A stretch of DNA of 55,643 bases from Perkinsus chesapeaki ATCC PRA-425 (lineage: Eukaryota > Protista > Perkinsozoa), in NCBI GenBank assembly GCA_013115145.1, contig JAAPAO010000191.1, positions 1 to 55,643 of the forward strand, given 5' to 3'. Positions within the stretch are counted from its first letter, which is position 1. Every line of letters starts with the position of its first letter. Positions 35,330 to 48,849 of this stretch are shown piece by piece. A model generated the notes under the pieces. That model was not told the DNA's origin. It was given only the letters and a program-made list of their open reading frames with translations, and did not search any database. Both the position numbers and the translations under genes were made by a program.

Positions 35330-36970
35330 TCACACACCTCCATGTCGGGATGCCAAACGCGCAGATAGGATGGCATCAGCCTGCATCCTGTCGAGTCTCC
35401 TTTCAATATCCTCCAAAACTCGCATACGATACTCCAACATCCATCGAGGCTCGACTGTCATCTCCACCGGGACGGCCTGCTCCGGCATCTTCGGTGCTAC
35501 CTGAACTGCTCGGGGAGCCTCCAGCTTTTCCAGTTCTCTCCGCAAACGCGTCGTCTCCTCCTGACTGGTGGCCAATTTCCGCTGTAGTCTTCGTATCTGT
35601 TTCCGATGCTGAGCCAGCTGATCCAGATAATGTGTCGGAGCCATCTCCTCAGCCTCTTCCGTCTGCACCCAGACAACCGCCCTTTCAACTGTCGATTCCT
35701 TCAAGCTGCTTCGCTCCGCTGCTGCCTCTTCCGTTTGCACTGATGCAACTATTCCCTCAGGCAGCAGTTGAGCTTGCACTGAAAAGTCCTTCATGTCGCT
35801 TCGCTCCGCTGTAACCTGTCGATTTCCTTCACACTTCGCCTCTGCCGAACCGCCGCCCTCGAGCTCTGCTAATATCTTCGAGGATATATTCCTGTTGCTC
35901 TTAGCCAAATCCAACACAGTCTTACCGCTCTAAACACCCATAAAACCGTCACTGCGCCACGATATTCACCTTGTTCTTCACAGACGACTCCACCAATCCT
36001 GTATCCACCAGCAGCCTCAGCATGTTGGATTGACCAGCCAGTGCCGCCGCCATCGCTGGAGTGTTGCCTGAACCAACCTATACCGTAAACGCGGAGCCTC
36101 GACCTCATCGCACCTACGTTATTAACAAGGTTAATATCAGCCCTCCGCTCGATAAGCTGACAACAGGCCACGGTACACCAGCAGCGACCACCCCACTCAC
36201 CAGACCAGCTATCTCCTCCCTCCCCAAGGACGCAGCAACATGCAGAGCACTTGCGCCTTCCTGGTTCTTAAACCCCACAGATGCTCCGAGCTCCAATAGG
36301 AGCTTCACACAAGCCGGACGGTTTCGAGTCAACGCAACGTATCTGCGAAGAGGTACGGCAAAGGCGGCTAGGGTAGCACTACAGAGGAGTGAAGCCGCTT
36401 CGATCTGGTCGGTCAATCTCAGCTTTCTTCTCCACTAGAAGGCGAATAATATCCTCATTTCCACCACTAACAGCAGCATGCAGGGGCGTGAGGCCGTATC
36501 TGGCACTTCTAGCTACATGGTCACCGAATAGAAAGAGTCTTAGAACCGCCCAAGTGTGCCTTATCGTCACATAAACACAGGTGCTCCCCTAGTGGAGATA
36601 AATGCCAAGAGCCGCTACCAGAGGAGGCAAATAGATAAGGGAACCGTGCCTTCCAATTTAGCAAGCGACCAATGCGCCCAGCGAACCTCAAATAAAATAT
36701 CGGTGGACTCTAATACCGTCCCGGAGCCACACCAGAGGGAGCGAATGTATCAAAATGCTCGAACAGTGCCAAAGTAGCCACGCCGTGGCTTATAATCTCC
36801 TATGCAAATCGCCAACTTTAAGCGAGATAATAAAAGACTCCTCGGCCTCCTTACTGATTGGCAGCTGTGGTACAGTCGATAGCCTCAATACATCCCACTA
36901 CCGCCGAGTAGTCACCTTTCCTCGCCGCTTGGAGGACCCTATCCAAGACAGCAACTTCCGCGGAGCTCAT
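35330..36970 (-). CDS. Ankyrin-repeat protein with a C-terminal coiled coil, multi-exon
   Basis: MSSAEVAVLDRVLQAARKGD; GLTPLHAAVSGGNEDIIRLLVEKKAEIDRPDRSGFTPL; GASALHVAASLGREEI; ADINLVN; then QLAQHRKQIRRLQRKL coil. Confidence 0.9.
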
Positions 36971-37399
36971 TGCAGCCACCAATGAAGGGATTGACATAAA
37001 CTAGCACAACAAACTTATGACGTGGGAAACATGCGCCTTGCCTGTCAGGCTTGAAAATCACGCCTTATGCGTTCAACAACACGGTAATCAATGCAATCAG
37101 GGCACTCACAGTGCTCAGGGCTCGCGCCACACCAACCAGTAGCGCTGCAGCACGGTGCGCTTGAAGCGGGGTCACACTCGGCCAGGATCTGGCATGCACT
37201 AGGTCGAACACATCCCAATTGCTCTCACTCCTCCCTGGGCTAAGGGCTTATCGTCCAGAGTCACCTCAGGGGCACGAGGCGGGCTTGCGCTGATGTCAGC
37301 TGCGCACCGCCAATCTTTACCTAGGCAGATCTCAGAGCACTTGTAGTCAGGTCTCCATCGCCGCGGCAAGGCACTATTAGTCTGAAACCGACCCGGGTT

Positions 37400-39415
37400 C
37401 TACTCCCAGCACCGCCGTTTCCAGGCCACCTTCCTGGAAGGCAATCTCGGCAGAAAGTTATGCGGGCAAATCTCCATGTAAAAGTGCCGCTCCTCACCCC
37501 AAAAGGTGACCGCCCCAGCCCGAAACCCGGGTTCCACCAAATAATATCGCCTCCATCTCTGAGGAGGATCACAATAAAGCAGACACGACCCCAACCGCTC
37601 AGCCGTTTCATCACACTTCTGGGCGAGCGAGATTTACATTCGCGTCGATGCGCAACGGTCACGGTACAACAGACCAGCGAATAGCGGGTAGACCAATGCG
37701 AGCAGGAGGGGGCAGATGGCCAAGGATGGTTACCTTCATCCACTGGACAAGGGTATCCTTGGGACCGTTAAAATGAACCACCAAAGGCTTTGTAAAGGTC
37801 TCTGGATTAACCAGCTTACCCGAATCCTCATCCCCAAAACCGGCAGCGTCAGCCTTCCGGAAGGCCGATGCCTCTGTCTAATCCACAAGGTCATAGCAGG
37901 ACACCTACCGGCACCTACATTAGTGAATTTGGTCCCCCACAGAGTCTGCCAAACCCGCTGAGTGTCATCTATAGCGATACTGAATTTCCCTCCTCTCTCC
38001 CTATACCTGAACAAAAAACCAACAAGCTCGGGGACCCGCAGTCCTCCCAGGGAATTGGAACGAGCACGCTCTGCCAGAGAACGTGTCAAATCCCCTTACT
38101 TTCGGCTCTCAGGAGCATCTCGGTAGAACCAATGCACACAGCCTTGCTCATCCTTGCCGTCTAGTATGCAGGCCGTCCACGCTGATCACTCGCTATCCCT
38201 TAAGGGAGCAACCAACCCACCGTTCAGTAGGGCAATGCTCGCCTTGGCCCGGCCCATCCACCCTCCGGTGTTGACATACTTATAGGTGGTACCGTGCTTG
38301 CTGGGAGGGTAGTCACGACAGTAAGGCATTCGATCAGCTGGAGGCCAACAGTTGCGTTCTGCCGAAACAAGGATGGTATCATCATCGATGTTGAGGTGCT
38401 TCTCGAATCTGCAAGCTGTATAGACCAATCACATAACGGACGAACGTACGCATCAATGAAGGCCGTCTCGCTGGAGTGGGGTGTGAACCACACATCCAGC
38501 GCATCGTTAAACAGAACGAGAGCATTCCCAGGAAGAATCTTCAGTCGGCTCAAGAGCACCTGTGATTGACCTCCTACGTCTCCGCCAAAGTCGAAAGTGA
38601 CGAAGGCAACTAGGGGAGTGGTGAAGTATAGTGTGCCTCATACTGCGGCTTATTAACAGACTACTGAACGTGACTTGGCACGAGTTAAGGACTCAATCGC
38701 ATATTATGCTAGCAAACGACGAGGTCCCACAAACGGTTTCAAAGCTTTCGGGTCATCAAACTTCTTATTAGATGCTGAATCATGCATTTCTGGGCCAAGG
38801 ACCTGCACCCCATCTCAACGGTCGAGGCTGCCACAATACTTGACCTCCACGCTGAGCTCTTGCTGCAAGGCGCTCTCCATACCCAAGCAGAAGCCAAGGG
38901 GCATCTGTTTAGGGGGAGACCATGCAGGAGGGCCACCGTACGTGAATAAATACCTAATAGATCGTTCTTGCGCAGCGGAACGCCTCCGGTTAATCACAAT
39001 TGCTTTGGTCGTTCCTGTGCTTCGGTCAGGTCACTGCCTCGTGGCAGGAACGCCATCCCATCTCGTGGCAGGCGCAATTCCTCTCTTCGCTCATCGCTGT
39101 CCCTTCCCTTGCTGTGCGATAGAATAATGGAGGCATCGGTCCTCCTTTCCTGCTCCATTCGAATGAGCTTAATCAACCTCCCCGATATCTTATCAATATC
39201 GCCTCTGAAGCTGCTAACCTCTTCCCTGAGACAGCCGGCTTGGCAGTTCACCGATGTTGACGGTCTAACCGGTATGATTGGAGCTCTGTATTGCACCACA
39301 CAATGCAGAGTAGACAAAACGCAGCGGCCACTGCTGGGATAACCCCGGCGACCCCCGGGAAGATGGAGGCCTGCCTTGTTGCCTGGTGGATGCGACTGCG
39401 GCGTCCGATGGCCAT
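37400..39415 (-). CDS. Type II membrane glycosyltransferase of the PLOD/LH3 GT-domain type, multi-exon
   Basis: N-terminal TM helix (VIPAVAAAFCLLCIVW), coiled stem, then LVLFNDALDV (DxD-like), ILVSAERNCWP, YKYVNTGGWMGRA, GKDEQ, IAIDDTQRVWQTL, LVVHFNGPK. These are colinear with PLOD motifs FTDAYDV / FSAE..CWP / YLNSGG.IG / DDQ / LD....IFQ.L / HGNG..K. Confidence 0.85.
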
Positions 39416-39721
39416 TCGCGTTGAATCGTCGCTAGGGGACTCGGAAACAGTAAGAGCTAATAAATTGGTATGGGAAAATGAAAGGACCGCGGAAGTATAG
39501 GAAAGCTTGATGATCTCTTAGGTGCTTGCAGCTACTTAACAAACCAAGTCGGTTTCATGCACGTGCTTAGCCAGTGCCTTAACTACTCACCAAGGACCCT
39601 ATCTGTACGCGTATCTTGTCTACGTAGCGAACAGTCGAATTCGACCTCCTTTGCAACTGCAGTAGCTTCCTCCAACTGCAGATTATTGGACTTTTTTAGA
39701 CTTACTACAACCTAAGTCGTT

Positions 39722-39748
39722 GCATTCGCAGTGATTCACAGCGAATGC
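39722..39748. repeat. 13-bp-arm hairpin, 1-nt loop, 1 mismatch
   Basis: GCATTCGCAGTGA T TCACAGCGAATGC. Confidence 0.7.
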
Positions 39749-39869
39749 TTTACAGGCATTTGGCAGCCTGGCATGTACACTGACATCCCCTTTTTACGGA
39801 ATGCGAACCTCCCCGTTGACTATATCACATTCATGGGCCCACAGTAAGATAATGAGGAACGGTGTTCTT

Positions 39870-41255
39870 CAAATTAACGACAACATACAGCAGTAAAACA
39901 TGAGAAAATTGAGCTCCAATGAGTTATACTCGTCACACCGAAGAGATATGCCGCTGTGTCGATCGAGTGGGAGACACTGGGGCGCTCGAGCTCGTGGATT
40001 CTTGGTCTGATCCGGGCACCATTCTGCACCTTCGGCACCATCTACGCCTGCGCACGACATCAGACCGGCGCATGTCGGCGTGGAAGCCCTCCTCGTTCGC
40101 TGCCGAGAAGGAAGGAGCATATCTGACAAGAACGCAGGATTGCTGAATGGCCTAAGAAATCCCTAACAGGGGAGCCTCTTATAGAACAACATCACAGCAA
40201 TGGAGTCGCAAAAACGACCAAATGGAAACAGATTGTTCTCAGAGAAGATAAGTCAACTTACTCCCAGCCCTCCACATTGCCGTCAGAACTCCGATCGACG
40301 TACCTAACATTCAAGCCATAAATGGTTCATAATAACCCTCGGATGAAGCCATGAGAGCTTACCAGAGACTCGTCCACTCCCATCTCCCTGGCCCCTTGGG
40401 GAGAGCAAACGACTCCTTAGGGCAGTAGAATTGACCATACTCATCGCTCCACGCTGAACGCTCTCCCGCAAAAGTGTGCGAGCCCCAGCCGCCGGTAACC
40501 CACCAACGTTGGTTCTCATAGGTGACAAAGGTACGCACCTGCTCTCATGCCACTACTCACGGAAACCTCCAAGACGCGAGCTTACCTTGTCGGAGCCACT
40601 CGTAGAAGATGTGGTTTCAGGAGCGACGGCTACAGTATCGCTATTAGGAGGCCGACTGTCTTGCCTCGTGGGCGGACGTGGAACAGCGGAAGGCTGTGCT
40701 TTTGGGGAATCATCGGTCACAGTCTGAACCATCCTGAGCATCACAACTAAGCGAGGTGACACGAGCGAGGCACCCACTCCACAAGTTGCCGCGCCGACTC
40801 TGATCTCGCCAAGAACCGGCCAACTATGTTCTCGAAGTGATGCATCGCAAACCTGGTACGACCGTGCTTGGTACACCAGGCCGGCGATCCTACCTAGAGA
40901 CACTCTTAGCTGTCTCGTCTGACAGCATGTTGTAGCCCAATACTGCATATATCAACATGAGCAGGAAAATATTAAGAGGCAGGAAAGCGAAGACGATGGT
41001 GAGAGGAACCGCCAAAATAACACTTATCACCTAAAACGACGGGCTTGCAGAAACAAGGCATGAGAGTCTTACCAGCGCCTCCCTTGGATTGATGTTTCGA
41101 AAGTTCTCCAGCATCTTCAAACCGTGCTGAGTGACCGTCTGATTATACTGCAGGTTCAGTTCCACTTCGCGCTGCTTCTCCTGTAGCTTTTGCATCCAGT
41201 CATATACGCCACTTTTACCTACCAATAATAAAGCAATTTTACTATCGATAGCCAA
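39870..41255 (-). CDS. Hypothetical multi-exon protein
   Basis: Protein-like exons (VYDWMQKLQEKQREVELNLQYNQTVTQHGLKMLENFRNINPREAL; S/T/P-rich 40553..40948) with GTAAG donors on the - strand. Confidence 0.45.
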
Positions 41256-41479
41256 CTGTGTTAGCTCTGACGGATACCATGCACCGGGGAGCCCACCGGG
41301 AAGCTATCGGTGACGCCATACAGTATGATACAGCTATAAACTATAGCACATTATGATAGTTGTGCACCACAGCATGACTCACACTGCAATACGCTACTAT
41401 ACACTATAACAGGAGAATCCGACAACGTGCGTCTTGCCGCCGAAATGAGAGGCTGGGGTGTGAAAGTGGAGGTGAAATA

Positions 41480-42230
41480 GTGATATCCTGCCGGTGAGAC
41501 GAGCTCATATCAAAGGTGAAGCAACGATACAGGAATCAAACCTGTCCGCAAAACTGAAACGGCAGGCGACTGAGATCTAACTGGATGAGAGAAACGGGTA
41601 GACGATCGTCTTTAGGGATTTGTAAGTTTTCAACCCCCAGCCTACTGCTATCGGCATCTCTACAGCCTTCGCGGTCCTGCCGTCCTGCCCCTGCCGAGGA
41701 CGCCACGACCAAGGACCTCCTCCTCTGACGCATAGTTGTCTCTTGGAAGCGATTGATGAGGCGAAGGTACCAGAAGCCGATTGCTACGCAAGGCATCGAT
41801 GGCAGGATCCACCTGATAGGCAACTCCATGCTCGCACTGCAGAACGGTAACCAAACCCGCATGATCCTTCGTTTTACACTTCTCGAATCCTTACAATTCT
41901 AGTACATTGAAGAGCATCGCACTAATGGATTCGGAAAAGAGATAGACTATTGTGAATGGTATGACAGCATCCCCAGGTGAGCAGTTGATAAATCAAAGGT
42001 GGCTAGCCACGAGTGGAAAGCGCAGATACCATCTGCTTTTGCGGAGCCACACACAGCCTTACCTGGGATGCAGACATGCAATAGTGGCAACGAGCAGGAA
42101 TAGCCAAGTCTTGGCGGTATCTCCCTTCCAGTGGGCGATATCGTGCATTGTCTCGTACATTTCACGGTATGGACCTGGCAACCATACAGCTACTACGAAG
42201 AAGGATTTATTGTTAACACAATACTGGTGA
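41480..42230 (+). pseudogene. Decayed copy of a lineage-specific family (SWKRL..., DYCEW, NTIL)
   Basis: Shares short motifs with 47589-48849; contains an in-frame stop; GTGAG donors at ~41977 and ~42227. Confidence 0.4.
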
Positions 42231-43052
42231 GTATATGGCCCTGTAGTACAATATAATACAGTACCGCTATAATATAATAATTATATACATCATATTACCG
42301 AGCCACGTAACGAGCATTGCAGTTACATTTAGAAGAAGATTTTCTAAAAAAGCTTTGGACCTGGTGATTGCGATTACGTAGTAAAGTCTTGAATGGGATA
42401 CAGCAGCGTCGCTGTACCAGCAAAGGAACTAGGTGTAAACTCATCGAACTTGATAAGTAAGTTAGATGATAAAATTGAATCATCTTTCAAACAATGTGCG
42501 TTCTACTAGATGAGCCGTACCTTACTAAAGCTCACAGTAGTTCTATAAGGAATTATTAATAGTATAACTGCTTAGTATTAAAACTACGGAATTTTATTCA
42601 CAATAATATAAATGAAAAGGACCTCGAAGTAATGGACGATACTGCTGCCTACCGCACATAAGGCTCCATTTCTGCATTTGATCATAGAACTCTTTCATAC
42701 TCACCGGCCCAGCAATAGTAGGAGCTGCTCCACTTCGACTGCTGCCATCCTAAAAATATATGAATACAATCACCACAGGACATCGAACAGTAATAGCGGA
42801 GCTCTCAGGCTTTGGGCAACTCAATATATACAACAGGCTGACAGCTCGGAGTTGGAGTGATCCCACGTAGATGATGTAATGCAGAGAGAGCCGTGAAGCG
42901 AAAAGGGAGAGGAACATCGAGGGTTTCAAGAACGGATCTACTCTATGTTAACCTTCGCTCTGGAAACGTTTTCTTGAAAGATTTCTACCATATCTTCGCG
43001 CTAAAGTCACCCATTGAGGAACGCATTGCCGTTAGGCTGGATGATCTCCCGA

Positions 43053-44992
43053 CTACAAAGAGGTGTGCAACTCGGATGCGAGGACCTCGAGATGCCTAGA
43101 TCTTAGCGACACTTGAGTCATGTGAATGTGCAATGCAAATGACCCTACTGACCTACAATCTCGCTGGCTTACTCTGGCTGTTCTAGAATCTCCAACCTCG
43201 TCCACACCGCTGGCCCGTCCAAGGCCGGGCTTGGATGACACAAACTTATCGGTTATCTCCCTTAGCAGCTTCCTCCCTTCCAGTTGAGGAGATTCACCAC
43301 GGTAAAGCCGTTCTGTATCGACCTACCATACACAACCAATCAGCATTCTCGTGCTCGCCAACGCCGACTTACAGAATTGTCATCTCCCTCTCCAGCGGCG
43401 CTACTTCGACCAACCGACGCAGCCACAAGGGGATTAATAGGATCTAATAGCGGTAGAGGAATGGCGGTCCAATGCCGACCTTACTTTTTACGGCACTGCT
43501 GGTGTGCCGAGGAGTAACCGGTCGCCGAGAGGACAGAGATGCCATCAGGCCTACGACAGCGACAACCCGCTGGCCTCCAGTGGACCACAGCTCGACGTCG
43601 GTGATACCTACGAATCACAGGTACTTCCTTGAGCTTTACCTCATAGTAGACTACCATGAGGACTAGTATAAAAGAAAACGGATAGAATAGAGAATGATCG
43701 CCATGATGATAAAGTTTATGAACCCTAGGCAGTTACGCTGGTAATAATGAAAAAGTGCATGCTGCAACCTAAGATACCCACGTCCTGTTGTGTCGCTGTC
43801 TCCACTACCCCTTCGACCCGAATCATCGACCAGCCCGGTACCATCGGCTACCACGGACTTCACAGGTATGTGCCCTTCGGCTGCAATAACCTGAGATAGA
43901 GTTGTGGAAAAGATAACGGAATCTACAGAAGACGTCACCAGCTTGGGAGACTTTCCTTTCTGTTCGCTCTCCTTGCTCCTGAGGTTCTGAAATAGTCGAA
44001 TTCGCAATGTTGGCGGCGACCTGATACAGTTCCATCAACATTCTCCACCGATACGCTTTACGTGTCTTTATCGCTCGTGGAGCCCGACACCGGCAAGTGG
44101 ATCCCTGGCTGGTTGCTGAAGTCAAGCAACAAGCTTCCTTCGGTAACCTCCTAGTAGAGGGGAAATCTCTGTTAAGAAGATACTCTGGCTTACCACAGGA
44201 TCGGTGCTGACCGCAACCCCGGAACCATCAACTGTTAGAGTTAGATAGACACGACCTTCTTTGGCCTGCAAAAGATACAGATTCGGTGAACTGACGTACG
44301 CATACGCAGCCCTCCGTAGGATACCAGAAGCCAAGAGCCCTCTCGAGCTACTCCGGTCTACATTACGCAATGCGGTAAGCCTCACACCTTGGCGCGGTTT
44401 CGTCAAGTAAGGATATCAAACTTCGACATAAAGGCCACAGGAGTTTGGCCATCTCCCCTGTAGTATCTTACCAAGTTGGCAGCTGTGGAGGACGACTTCT
44501 TCGGTGCTGCTGCTGCTGCTGTCTTATCTACCGCGGGGATATCAACAATTCTTAGATACTGAACATTAACGTCGACCGACGTCACGCCTGGCGGAAGCAT
44601 CTTGAAAACACATTCACTGCGCAACACATTCATGGGTTAGGTAATACCGCACCAAAGCGAACAACTCAGACCTCACCAGCTTGTCCATTAATCACCCAAA
44701 TCAATGCTCGCAGGAACTTATAGAGAGTAACACACTCGGCCGCACGCGAGATATTCAACGTGCAGAAGATGGTCGAACACCAACACAGTTACAAGACAGA
44801 AACGTTTCAGAAACATGCAAGGCTCAGCCACCTGGTCGCTGAGTTGGATTCAGGACTATATCGGCATAGAGCTCGAGGCCTGCCTCGCGAGTGACCCAGG
44901 TTCGACGGCAGTCTGCTGCTGCGGGGCCACCGAGTGAATATTGAATCCGCGAAACCGTGTGTTGTACCTGATCGAAGGACTCTTTCGGTCAT
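43053..44992 (-). CDS. Hypothetical multi-exon protein
   Basis: Series of co-oriented protein-like ORFs (44403..44633, 44122..44406, 43663..44007) and exons ending at GTAAG donors. Confidence 0.4.
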
Positions 44993-45379
44993 GCAGCTAA
45001 GGACGATTTTACTAACGCCGAAAAAAGTTTCATTCGTAAGGTTACATACGGCTGAGATTCCAGAGTAGCTGCTAGGCCAGATAGGCCAAGGGATGGGTTT
45101 GACCCTCCCTTTTGGTCTAGAAACATATTTCCAAAACTATCATTACATCTTTACATTGGGAACACTTGTTGGTCTCCGAGGAATACCTTCACATGAGGAC
45201 GATACCGATCTCAGAGCGTCAATTCCCTCAACGCATCAGTAAGGATGTGTGGTGTCAGAGTCTAAGTTCCTTCCTCCCCGATGCCCACCTCGGCCACGAT
45301 GGTTTTGGCTAAAGGAGGGTTATTAGCGAACCCAGGCTTCGCTTTGTTCACTAGCTCCGTAAGCGCTCGAAGTGTTCGA

Positions 45380-46280
45380 AGTTCCGATGCGCAAATTAAC
45401 CGCGGCAGTTCGGTCACTATGATCGACATCAGTTCGCTTGTTGGATGCGCCTGAAGTGCCAGGAGGCTTCCACTCTCTACGCGGTGAGCTCGCGGACCTT
45501 CGCAAATGCCTTTCGAATGACATCCTGACTCAGGCCTGCATCAGATTTAATAAAGTACTCTAAAGCGCCCGACAGCATAACAGGCGTTATACCGTCCGTA
45601 AGCACAAGCTCCTCTAAACCTGGCATGCTGGCTGTTTCAACCACCTGCGCCGGAGAGGATATGGACGAGCAGACAGTGCGGCACGTACACGTATCAGATC
45701 CAGGCTCGATATGGCATGGTAGGCGATCGCCGAGCCGACAGGTTCCCGTAAAGTACTAGCGACCGAGGATAGGAAGTCAGCCTGAACCAGCAACACTGAG
45801 GAGATGCCTAATGCAACCTGCTAGCTCACCTTGCGGTAGTTGACATGTCGCAGGCCGTTGACTACTGCACCGATAATGAGCTTGGAGGTGGCATCCAAGG
45901 GCAGGCAGCTCAGGAGGATGTCGAACAGTACAACCTGCAGAGACTGTTCCTTTACACGAGGGAAGTGGACGGAAGTGTGGCCTGGTGGCACAGCTCCCAC
46001 AAAGACCCACTAGAAAGGATAAGAACAATACAACGGGGTACGTACAAATATATTGTATGATCCAGCATATTTCTTGCGCGCCCTATAAATGGCCAATTGC
46101 TGTCTGTCGAGCTCGAAAGGAATGACCACCCAGCTCCCGCTAGAGACTCACATCTGCTTTGCCTGTCCTGGTGAATCCAACGAGTATGTCTCGGACATTA
46201 TCACTACTGATGCCATCAACCGGATACTTCCTTACCTTCGTCGTCACCCACCGTCTGAGCACATATCACTCCCGGTCTAA
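45380..46280 (+). pseudogene. Decayed hypothetical gene, weakly similar to 47589-48849
   Basis: LFLYTREVDG vs FALLDRRLADG; FACP..NEYVSDII..INRILPYL vs VCP..SDYIRDCL..MQPLLPNI. In-frame stops upstream. Confidence 0.3.
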
Positions 46281-47588
46281 TTCCCCACCCTACGCAAAAT
46301 CCGGGCTGATGACGTCCATCGCCCCCAGGGACGAAACCGCCACACACAGCTGTTCCATAGTCACTCCTTCACCAGATGCCGGCCGAGGCAAGGCTTCTGA
46401 GAGCAACACTGGAGCCCTCCCGGCTGCTGGACTCGCATACCGTGACGAGCGCGACGTTTCTTTATGCTCTCCGTGCTCGATGTGACTTCAAAGATTCCTG
46501 GGATGGCATCTCCTAGAGAGTCACAAACTATCAGTCTGTGCGATACCAGAGTAAGGAACTCCGCCTAAATGGTAAGGACAGGTGCGGCGGTGGCACGAAA
46601 CCGAAATCAGATACGTGACAGCCACGCAATCAAAGCAGCACAGCAGACGATCACACCGTCAATACCATCACTCGCTTGTTCAGTTCATGGTTGATTCGAA
46701 CCATAGAACTCAACTAAGAATCTTCATAATTCCAATCATGAGGGTCTTCTAGCGACTAACCGATAATACACCCTTTGAGGAATTGAATCCAGTTGAGAAT
46801 GAGTTAGATATTGCTACATTTTTCACCTGGCATTTCCGAGCTGCCCTCACTCACAACGATGATGTGAGCCTGAACGCACTAGTCTAAAGCAACTGCGTAT
46901 AACAGTTACTATGAACGCCTGAACTCTAACCTAGCAACAAGACCCACCTCTCTCTGGTCAAGTCTCGAGTAGGCTGAAATTAAGGCCACGCACTCTGCTG
47001 CCGATAGCCGAGCAACATGCTTACGAAGCAGCGAGGAAAGTGTTACCAGTAGAGGCACCTGATTGAAGTGCATAATGGAGGTGTGATGGAACCATTGCTA
47101 GAAGAGAACACATTCAAACGATCTGCCTCTATCTCTAAGGGCTTGTATACTATGCCATACTAAAGTATTATGATAACAATTTATATATATTGATTATATT
47201 AATATAATAATATTATATATAGTCAATCTACTAGCTCTTAGTACTGCTATATACAGTTGAAGCGGTTGGGCAATATCTCATCGATTTCCCCTAGTCAAAT
47301 ACATATACCATCCAATTTCGGCCAACACAAGCCGCTCTACGGCGAAAGATAACTAAAATTAGGTAATTTGCATAACAAGAAAGTTGCACACTCCACTGTA
47401 TAGTCAAAACTAGTCAGTTCGTAATACTATTACTCTACATGCTTCAGCGTCAATTCGCCAACCTACAGTATAAAATCACTCGTACAATAGGGAAACATTT
47501 GTCACTCTGTTTGATTTAAATTGTTAAAATATAATATCCTCGCAATACTTTCCTTGTGAATATTTCCCTGCACTTGGTTAAGTTACTG

Positions 47589-48849
47589 TACAGTTCTCGT
47601 CAGAGAACATGTTCAAGCAAGTGTACGCCGAGGCCGGAGGAGTTCATCGTGCGTTTGGCGCGCGCCAGGTTTGTGTCTTGTGGAGCGTGCTTCAGGTTGT
47701 TCATTATCTCGAAGAGAAATTAGGCGCCGTTCGTTTGACTTCGTTGGTGGGTTCCGAAATCGCGTCGGTTAGGGTTTGCGTGAGCGATTTGGTTGCCATT
47801 TATCGTATTTTTTTTGATGTTTGGTCGGGAGACACCGTAGGTATTTAAATTGTTGGCTTCAGGATATTTATCTGCCACTTCATGTTCCCTACGGTGTGAC
47901 AGACAAACGGCAGTTCGCTTTGCTGGATCGGCGACTTGCCGACGGCAAGCGACATATGTTTGCCACATTACACGTCCGTGTTCAGCTGCGTGCAATGTTT
48001 GGTTCTCACAACATGCCGCTTGTCTGTCCTCACCCAATACTCCCGTCCGACTACATACGTGATTGCCTTTTGATGACAATGCAGCCGTTGCTTCCTAACA
48101 TTAATGCTCCTCGCCTCTTTAGAGGCCTTACCGAGAGGAAGCGCGTCTTGAGCTACTGCTAGACCGGCAATGTCATTGCGTGTGCTCTTACATCTTTGTG
48201 TTTCAGTCTTGCTAAGCTAACAGCCACCGTGACGAAGTCGCCTCGTCCTGGGCTCGCCTCAGGAGGATACTGCTTATCCAGGAGGAAGGGACCGATGCTA
48301 TCAAATAGCTGTACAGTGAGATCGCTTGGGCCGTCGCCCGTGCACCACGTAACTGAGGAAGATCACGGACAATGCGACGTGGGACTTTCCTATTCATATC
48401 CACATCCAGTTCAATACGGAGTAAAATACAACTTAGACGAGCACTCAAGAAAGAAGGAACGTGTAAGACTATATAAAAGACATAATACCAGCCAGATAAC
48501 TCACCCGCCCTCATAAAGGCAACAACACTAGCAGCAGAGATGCCCTTCAGACTGGATCCAAATACCCCTTCACCAAGCTTCCAGATGATACCTACGCACT
48601 CATCAACGATTACTGTGAATGGACCGTATACTCTCTAAGCTAGCAGCAGTTCCATCCGCCTGGCCGACTCCCGCCAGTGACCGAGCTACCAGTGCCACTT
48701 CATCAGCCGAAAGAGACGATGCACTATTCCCGCTCAATATGGGAGACTTGAGCTGGACAGAGAAGGGTCACCACTTCAACACTATCCTACAACCTCACCA
48801 GATGGCTCTTTGCAAGTCGGAAATCTGGCAGTTGAGGAGACGATGCTAA
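47589..48849 (+). pseudogene. Decayed multi-exon gene with an F-box-like motif (FTKLPDDTYALINDYCEW)
   Basis: Protein-like exons with in-frame stops (TDAIK*LYSEIAW). LPDD...LI.DY motif at 48569-48622. Confidence 0.4.
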
